Shown: positions 18,411 to 24,084 of the stretch, one piece after another
Numbering within the stretch: the stretch's first letter is position 1
Layout of the letters: each line of letters starts with the position of its first letter
From: Parachlamydiaceae bacterium
GTDB lineage: Bacteria > Chlamydiota > Chlamydiia > Chlamydiales > Parachlamydiaceae
Reading direction: 5' to 3'
Assembly: GCA_037143085.1 (NCBI GenBank)
Contig: JBAWZJ010000001.1
Location: forward strand, 1 to 24,084
DNA: 24,084 nucleotides
Position numbers and translations under genes: made by a program
Notes under the pieces: generated by a model
The model's input: only the letters and a program-made list of their open reading frames with translations
Database searches by the model: none
Told to the model about the DNA's origin: nothing

Positions 18411-19479
18411 TAGAACGCTCCAAGAAATCAGCAATAAGATAAGGAATTTGCTCCACATCTGTACCTAGGTCTAGCCAAAAATTAGGGACAGATGTTGTAA
18501 GTAAGCGCATTTTATCAAAAGCTATCTTACCATCCCCCTCAAGATGCAACACCGTTGTTGGAGCAAGCGCCAACAACGATTCGGCGCTACTGGCTTGTCG
18601 AATCCTGGAATTTTTTTGGTGAGTCACACGCGGCAAAAATATAGCCTTAATTGGGAATCCTGCAGAGAGCTTCTCTGGAAAATGTTCATTCAGAAAAAAC
18701 AAAGCTTTTTCGCTAGACAAACTCTCTTTATTGCTAATTTTTTCAGATAGATGAGGCAGCATGTTTACACTATTAGGAACGAGCTTTCCAGTATTATAAA
18801 GGCTATAGACAAAAGGAATTGGTTCATTAGAAATCATCACATAATCATCACCCACATACTTCAAACCTGACCGAACACAGCTGAGGGCTGTTGTCGATTT
18901 TCCCGATCCACTTTTCCCCGTTAATAAAATTCCCCCTTTATCGAAGCCTACAGCCCCCGCGTGGACTAGCTGGAAAGGACGGAGCTTGCTCCACCAGTGA
19001 ATGATACAACGCATCGGGAAACTCATCTCCCAATAAGGCAGTATTCTCGGATGTTGCATCCAATAGATTCCGAGCCGACGACGGTTGTTGTACATGTGCA
19101 AGATAGAGTTATCAGGATTATAAACAGTTCGTATGACCTCATTGTTAAAGCCTTGAATATGCCCCCTTGGACCGTAAGCTGTCATCAGCCATGGAGGTGG
19201 AGGCATGGGAGTATCTGTAGAGTCGCAGTCCCAACAATTAATAGTTAATGAAGGGAGACAAGGAGGAAGTTCAAGATGAGAAAACGCCATGGATAGCGAT
19301 TTTAGCAGAGCTTCACCTGCAAACCTCAAACAAAGAACCTCGGATCCCAACCGGTAATAACGGCGTATATCTGCAGAGTTTGACACCGCCTTTTCGAAAG
19401 CAATTTCCACTTCCTCAAAATAGCCTTCGGGACGTCGAGTAGCTGGCAGAACAAATTCCGCTATTTGCAGGGTTTCCAT
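18403..19479 (-). CDS. HPr kinase-like serine kinase
   Basis: LVHAGAV...GILLTGKSGSGKSTTAL...YVGDDYV, the HprK-type His / Walker A / DD arrangement. GAAGGTG RBS before ATG 19479. Confidence 0.9.
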   Translation of the reverse strand: METLQIAEFVLPATRRPEGYFEEVEIAFEKAVSNSADIRRYYRLGSEVLCLRFAGEALLKSLSMAFSHLELPPCLPSLTINCWDCDSTDTPMPPPPWLMTAYGPRGHIQGFNNEVIRTVYNPDNSILHMYNNRRRLGIYWMQHPRILPYWEMSFPMRCIIHWWSKLRPFQLVHAGAVGFDKGGILLTGKSGSGKSTTALSCVRSGLKYVGDDYVMISNEPIPFVYSLYNTGKLVPNSVNMLPHLSEKISNKESLSSEKALFFLNEHFPEKLSAGFPIKAIFLPRVTHQKNSRIRQASSAESLLALAPTTVLHLEGDGKIAFDKMRLLTTSVPNFWLDLGTDVEQIPYLIADFLERSNG

Positions 19480-19487
19480 AAACACCT

Positions 19488-19928
19488 TCAAAATTTTTCT
19501 AGAGTGTTCTGAGCAAAATGAGGCCACCCCTGTTCACTGATTTCATGAATGGGGTCGAGCAATAACAGCTCTTGCATATCGTTAAAAACAGTCAATTCTG
19601 GAGGATTGTAAACCATCTCTTTTGACTCTACCATTACCTGTTCTTTCACAGGTAAAGTCTCAACCGAAATAATGAGTTGTTCTTCTAAAAGATGGTCTAA
19701 AAAAACCTTCAAAGAAGCTTTAGCGGTCTCAGAAGATATCGAGAACTGTTCGCTCATAATCGCAGTTATTTGTTCCTCATTGAATCCATTTTGGATAAGC
19801 TGCCAGAGATAAGCTCCAGAGTCATTCATTGAATAATAATTCCCGTGTTCTAGATTGATAACGACAGCTTCGCCGTCGATAACTTCGTGAATTACGTTGA
19901 GATGGCTAATGTAATATCTTGAAGACAT
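19488..19928 (-). CDS. PqqD-family RiPP recognition element with C-terminal peptide extension (146 aa)
   Basis: VIHEVIDGEAVVINLEHGNYYSMNDSGAYLWQLI...FLDHLLEEQLI is a typical RRE pattern. AAAGGA RBS before ATG 19928; the track start at 20120 is an over-extension overlapping the divergent gene. Confidence 0.9.
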   Translation of the reverse strand: MSSRYYISHLNVIHEVIDGEAVVINLEHGNYYSMNDSGAYLWQLIQNGFNEEQITAIMSEQFSISSETAKASLKVFLDHLLEEQLIISVETLPVKEQVMVESKEMVYNPPELTVFNDMQELLLLDPIHEISEQGWPHFAQNTLEKF

Positions 19929-20030
19929 AAGATGATATCCTTTAAACATAAAGAGGTTTATGACTGGAAATCTAACAAAAGAATATTTTACATGTAAAGT
20001 CGTAAAATTTTGACTGCAAAAGGAATTTCG

Positions 20031-21038
20031 ATGGTTTTTAAAAAGGAAAAAGGACGTATCTTTTATTTCTGTCCAGATTCTGCTATTCCCTCCGGGGGCA
20101 TAAAAAAGATCTATCAACATGTCGATCTACTAAACGAGCTGGGATTTTCAGCATTTGTTGTGCACAACAAACCCGGATTCCGCTGTTCCTGGTTCGATAA
20201 TACAACGCCGATAGCCTATTTGTATAAGGTTGAAAAATCCCTACTTATTCTTGGTCCAGGAAAACAGCAAAAACAACTAGACGCACTTTCTTCAGAAGAT
20301 ATTCTTGTTTATCCTGAAGTCACCCCAGAAAAAACAATACAACAGGTGATGGATTTAGGATTTTACACAGTTATTTTCAACCAAAACGCTTATTATACGT
20401 TCCTAGCCTCCTCCTCTATTTACAAAGGCGAAAATGTCTTAGGAGCAATCGTGGTCTCAGAAGACAGCAAGAAGTATCTAGAGTACACTCTACCCTCTCT
20501 CAGCACTTTCCGGATTCATATATCTATTGATTTCAACATTTTCTCTTTTCAAGTAGCGAAGAAAAAACAGATTGCCTATATGCCACGTAAATGTGAAAGC
20601 GATTCCCATCAGATTATTAGCATATTAAATGAGCGTGGTCTGTTAAAAGATTGGAAGGTCGTGCCAATTGATAATATGTCTGAAAGAGAAGTCGCCCATA
20701 TTCTTAAAGAAAGCGCTATTTTCCTCAGTTTTTCTCATGCAGAAGGGTTTGGTTTGCCTCCGGTAGAGGCTATTTCATGCGGATGTCTTGTCATCGGCTA
20801 TCACGGAGGCGGAGGGAGAGAATATTTCCAAGGAGATTCGATTTTTCCCATCGTTCAAGGAGAAATCATCGAGTATGTCAAAACTGTTGAAAAAGTTACC
20901 CTTAATTACAATCAGGAAGCGACACATTACGCTGAAGCAACAGCATTGGCGAGCATCCTGATTCAAAATATTTACTCGCTCAAAAAAGAAAAAGAGGACT
21001 TAAAAAACGCCTGGGAATCGATTTTATACCGAAAATAA
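20031..21038 (+). CDS. GT4-like (GT-B fold) glycosyltransferase, divergent from the PqqD gene
   Basis: PSGGIKKIYQHVDLLN, IAYMPRK, EGFGLPPVEAISCGCLVIGYHGGGG. AAAGGA RBS before ATG 20031. Confidence 0.92.
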   Translation: MVFKKEKGRIFYFCPDSAIPSGGIKKIYQHVDLLNELGFSAFVVHNKPGFRCSWFDNTTPIAYLYKVEKSLLILGPGKQQKQLDALSSEDILVYPEVTPEKTIQQVMDLGFYTVIFNQNAYYTFLASSSIYKGENVLGAIVVSEDSKKYLEYTLPSLSTFRIHISIDFNIFSFQVAKKKQIAYMPRKCESDSHQIISILNERGLLKDWKVVPIDNMSEREVAHILKESAIFLSFSHAEGFGLPPVEAISCGCLVIGYHGGGGREYFQGDSIFPIVQGEIIEYVKTVEKVTLNYNQEATHYAEATALASILIQNIYSLKKEKEDLKNAWESILYRK

Positions 21039-21049
21039 TTCAAAATTTA

Positions 21050-21110
21050 GCGTTTCTAGTGCTCCAAAACTTTCCAAATTTCAACAGGAACTAGGGAGTG
21101 TACCTAGTAC
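21050..21110. repeat. Short repeat, family C (copy 1)
   Basis: gcgtttctagtgc..cca...tttcaac.ggaactagg-N7-cctagtac; an inverted counterpart lies at 22717-22767. Confidence 0.75.
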
Positions 21111-21270
21111 ACTGTTTCACTTAAATTGTCTGATTTGGCTAGCGTGAAAGCTTCCGCGGTTCGAAGGTCGAAAATGGGTTAGTATGAGGCAATACAACCC
21201 CATTTTCGACCTTCGAACCCCGGGGCTTTGACGCAGTCAAATCAGACAATTTAAGTGAAACAGTGTACTA
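21105..21270. repeat. Long palindromic element, family A (copy 2), CTAG at both ends
   Basis: 36-bp outer stem 21105-21140 / 21235-21270 with one G-T pair; perfect 15-bp inner stem 21162-21176 / 21201-21215; homologous to 3765-3929. Confidence 0.9.
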
Positions 21271-21302
21271 GTATATTTGAGAAAAATAAACCGTTATAAG
21301 AT

Positions 21303-21394
21303 TAGAGCTTTTGCATAATTCAAGGTTTGTTGCTTTTCAGGATTATTTCGAAAGAACCCGAAAAGCGACAGAACCTGAATATGTAAGAGGTCTA
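21303..21394. repeat. Palindromic MITE-like element, family B (short copy 2, degenerate)
   Basis: tagagcttttgcataattcaagg...aacctgaatatgtaagaggtcta; imperfect full-length hairpin. Its terminal CTA coincides with the TAG stop of the YVTN gene. Confidence 0.75.
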
Positions 21395-22621
21395 TTGTAA
21401 AGACACACTTATAGAAGGGCTTTCAGTACCATTGGAGTTGAACGATGTGATGGAATAGACTGTCAGTACATTTTTTTGCTGATTGTGCTGGATGTACTGC
21501 AATGTCGAAGCACTCACACTGGCAATTTTGGTGTTATTTTTATAAATGTTATATCCAACGACTCCTGAAGAGGAGCTTGGCCCCCATTGAATAGTATTAT
21601 AAAATTCTGTCTGTGAGAGAAATTGGCGTTTCTTTTGGGTGCCGTTCAAATAGGTTGGGGGCAATAGATTTGTTGGAGTTATAGCCATTCCCTGAGGAGC
21701 ATTTCCGACTCCAGTTTCACCAACAACGGTATGGGTAGCAGTTTCAATCTCTTCAACACTATTGTCATCACTGTCGGCTACATAAGCAAAGCTACTGTCA
21801 TCTGTAAAAACAACACTGAAAGGAGAATTTCCTACTGATATGACATCTGTAACAGTATTCGTATCAGTATCGATAACAGAAACAGTATTATCCTCCTGAT
21901 TGGGAACATAAACTAAATGAAGTGTTGGAGCAGCTGCCAAATAGCGAGGATTGTTGCCTACAGAAACTGTTGTTAAGACAGTCCTTGTCGTAGTATCAAT
22001 GACGGAGACGGTAGCATCAGATAAATTAGAAACGTAAGCGAAGCTGCCATCAGGAATTATGGTGATACCAAAAGGAGAAGTGCCAACAGAAATGGAGCCT
22101 ACAACGGTATTATTTGCTGTATTAATAACAGAAACAGAATTGAAAGAGGTGTTGTTATTAGTCACGTAAGCGTAGCTGCCGTTAGGAGTTACTGCTATGG
22201 ATACAGGCCATGTACCGACTGTAACTGTAGTTGTGACAGTGTAAGTTGTTGTATCAATGACAGCAACAGTATTGCTTCCATTATTAGCGACATAGGCAAA
22301 GTTACCATTGGGCGTAAAGGCGATCCCTAAAGGTCCTGATAAAAGACCCGAAGAAATTGTGTTCACTACGTTGTTATTGGCGGTATTGATCACAGAAATT
22401 GTATTATCAAAGTAACTCGGAACATAGGCGTAGCTACCATCAGGAGTAATGGCAACAGTTCCAGGTTCAGTCCCCACAGTGACAGTGGCAATCACATTAT
22501 TGGTATCGGTGTCTATAACCGATACGGTATCCTCGCCTGCATTTGCAACGTACACGCTATTTGCAAAACATTGACTCAATGAGAGACAAAACACTATAGT
22601 TAATAGTGGGGTAAGCTTCAT
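21392..22621 (-). CDS. Secreted YVTN/YncE-type beta-propeller protein with C-terminal FN3-like domain
   Basis: Signal peptide, about seven repeats of ~42 aa (YV.N....VSVIDT.T..V..TV.VG..P..IA.TP.G), then IQWGPSSSSGVVGYNIYKN. Confidence 0.92.
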   Translation of the reverse strand: MKLTPLLTIVFCLSLSQCFANSVYVANAGEDTVSVIDTDTNNVIATVTVGTEPGTVAITPDGSYAYVPSYFDNTISVINTANNNVVNTISSGLLSGPLGIAFTPNGNFAYVANNGSNTVAVIDTTTYTVTTTVTVGTWPVSIAVTPNGSYAYVTNNNTSFNSVSVINTANNTVVGSISVGTSPFGITIIPDGSFAYVSNLSDATVSVIDTTTRTVLTTVSVGNNPRYLAAAPTLHLVYVPNQEDNTVSVIDTDTNTVTDVISVGNSPFSVVFTDDSSFAYVADSDDNSVEEIETATHTVVGETGVGNAPQGMAITPTNLLPPTYLNGTQKKRQFLSQTEFYNTIQWGPSSSSGVVGYNIYKNNTKIASVSASTLQYIQHNQQKNVLTVYSITSFNSNGTESPSISVSLQ

Positions 22622-22716
22622 TATACGACCTAAAGTTGAATTTTTAATCCTAGAGATAAAAGATCATAGTGAATAAAGTCAATTTTTTTCATTACAACCT
22701 ATTCAGTGTTGATAAC

Positions 22717-22767
22717 GTACTAGGGAATGTACCTAGTTCCAGTTGAAAGTTGGTGCACTAGAAACGC
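22717..22767. repeat. Short repeat, family C (copy 2, inverted relative to copy 1)
   Basis: Reverse complement gcgtttctagtgcaccaactttcaactggaactagg-tacattc-cctagtac matches 21050-21110. Confidence 0.75.
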
Positions 22768-22909
22768 CAGTTTTTGAATTACGTTCGGTATAATCCCATG
22801 TACAGAATTAGGATGAATCAAAAAAAATAGATAGACAATTATATTTAGAACTTTCATCTTCCCTATTTTGGTTAAACACTAAACAACACTACATACCAAT
22901 ATTATTAAA

Positions 22910-23866
22910 ATGATAAATATCTTTAGAAAAAAATATTTAATTTTGGCAGCTACAGTGATCATGAGCATAAGTCAAGGCTTCTTATCCGCAACTCCCGCTT
23001 GCGAGAATGGTTCTGCGGATGAATGTGAGTGTGATGAACAATCTGAAAATTCATGGATAAGCGGCGATTTATTATATTGGAGAACCCGTGAGGACGGTTT
23101 TGGATGTGCTTTTGGCTCAACAGAAATTGAAACAGCAGTCAGCAACGGGATGGTTGTTACAGATATCAGCGAAAGAGATGGGGATATTGATTTTGATTGG
23201 GAATTAGGTTTCAGCTTAGGGGTTGGACATGACTTTGACTGCAGTTGCTGGGGCACCTCTGTATATTGGACCCATTTTAATGAAGCTGGAAGGGGCCATG
23301 ATTGTAATAACCATGCGAAATGGAAATTAAGATTCGACGAAGTTGACGCTGTGTGGGGGTACAAATTGAATTGCGGTTCCTTTTTCGGCTTTAGGCCATT
23401 TTTTGGAGCTCGTTATGCGCAAATTAATCAAAGTCTGTCGACCCATTTAGTAACGGAAATTCTAGATTCTTCAACAGGCGAAAGCTCCATTGTTGTATCG
23501 ATAAAAAAAGGCGACGAATATTTTTGGGGTGCAGGTCCATTATTGGGATTTGAAGCAGAATTTTCCTTAGGATGCGGTTTTAGTGTGTATGGAGATCTTG
23601 CGGGCGCTTTTTTGTATGGTAATTTCAAGGACAAATTTTATGACAGCGATCTTTTTACAACCACGGTCAATAATTGCCATTCTATAAAAAACACTCGCAA
23701 CGTCCTAACATGTTTTGATGCTGGATTGGGTGTGCGCTATGAATGGTGCCGCGTGGCTTTTCAATTAGGTTTGGAGCATCATAGTTATTTCAATTTCAAT
23801 CACATAGGCTGCTGCGCCGATTTGAATTTATATGGGGTCAACGCCTCGGCAATTGTGCGTTTTTAG
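22910..23866 (+). CDS. Cysteine-rich outer membrane beta-barrel, Lpg1974/MOMP-like porin
   Basis: Signal peptide, DLLYWR, DFDWELGFSLGVG, FWGAGPLLG, alternating beta-strand pattern, C-terminal Phe, 14 Cys. Confidence 0.8.
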   Translation: MINIFRKKYLILAATVIMSISQGFLSATPACENGSADECECDEQSENSWISGDLLYWRTREDGFGCAFGSTEIETAVSNGMVVTDISERDGDIDFDWELGFSLGVGHDFDCSCWGTSVYWTHFNEAGRGHDCNNHAKWKLRFDEVDAVWGYKLNCGSFFGFRPFFGARYAQINQSLSTHLVTEILDSSTGESSIVVSIKKGDEYFWGAGPLLGFEAEFSLGCGFSVYGDLAGAFLYGNFKDKFYDSDLFTTTVNNCHSIKNTRNVLTCFDAGLGVRYEWCRVAFQLGLEHHSYFNFNHIGCCADLNLYGVNASAIVRF

Positions 23867-23949
23867 AGCGTCACTAGCCACGAAGACTGTAACAAGAAAA
23901 TAGATCTCTTGGGAAAAATCTAATATTCTTATTTTCTTTTGATCTTATT

Positions 23950-24084
23950 TTAAGGGGTTAGTTGTAAAATTGCAATCGAAGCATTCACGTTTGCTTCCGT
24001 ACCACCTATAACAGATGCAAGTGTCACAGCGGCAGCAGAAGTGTGGTTTTCCAAAGTTAAAACGTCTCCTGCACTCATCGAGAA
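23950..24084 (-). CDS. 3' end of a gene resembling the BclA C-terminal domain (truncated by window edge, not in ORF track)
   Basis: Manual translation: FSMSAGDVLTLENHTSAAAVTLASVIGGTEANVNASIAILQLTP*, stop at 23950-23952. Confidence 0.7.
   Translation of the reverse strand, partial: FSMSAGDVLTLENHTSAAAVTLASVIGGTEANVNASIAILQLTP

Noticed and set aside
14049-19928. Canonical lasso peptide cluster
   Set aside because: No cyclase, no B2 peptidase, and no standalone precursor with the Thr(-2)/Gly(+1) pattern was found in the window.
19929-20120. 64-aa N-terminal extension of the PqqD ORF in the track
   Set aside because: It overlaps the divergent GT4 gene, and a good RBS precedes ATG 19928.
14049-21038. 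Horizontal acquisition inferred from base composition
   Set aside because: The block looks slightly more AT-rich by eye, but GC and codon usage were not computed, so the claim is unsupported.
21660-22560. Tandem DNA repeats within the YVTN gene
   Set aside because: Explained by ordinary beta-propeller blade repeats at the protein level.
401-23634. Many short antisense or alternate-frame ORFs in the track (e.g. 401-847, 7193-7507, 13017-13412, 22972-23364)
   Set aside because: They lie within confidently assigned genes and show no recognisable motifs; they are shadow ORFs.

Overview
A bacterial chromosomal window, inferred to be from an environmental Chlamydiota (chlamydia-like ObgE/L27 and a cysteine-rich MOMP/Lpg1974-like porin). 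The left end is housekeeping: rho, a membrane-anchored hypothetical, and rplU-rpmA-obgE. The middle is a co-oriented minus-strand block of about 15 kb. Read in transcription order it encodes a PqqD/RRE protein with a fused leader-like C-terminal tail, an HPr-kinase-like kinase, three GT2 glycosyltransferases, a nucleotidyltransferase fused to a GT25-like domain, and a TolC-MFP-RND-RND (MdtABC-like) efflux pump. A GT4 glycosyltransferase is transcribed divergently from it. The right end has a secreted YVTN beta-propeller, the porin, and the 3' end of a BclA-C-like gene. Two things stand out. (1) A candidate RiPP-like phospho/glyco-modification system whose RRE appears to carry its own YxxPxL peptide, with no lasso cyclase or peptidase in the window. 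(2) Three families of palindromic intergenic elements, one of which keeps its pairing through compensatory changes between copies. All calls come from reading motifs by eye; no database searches were run.
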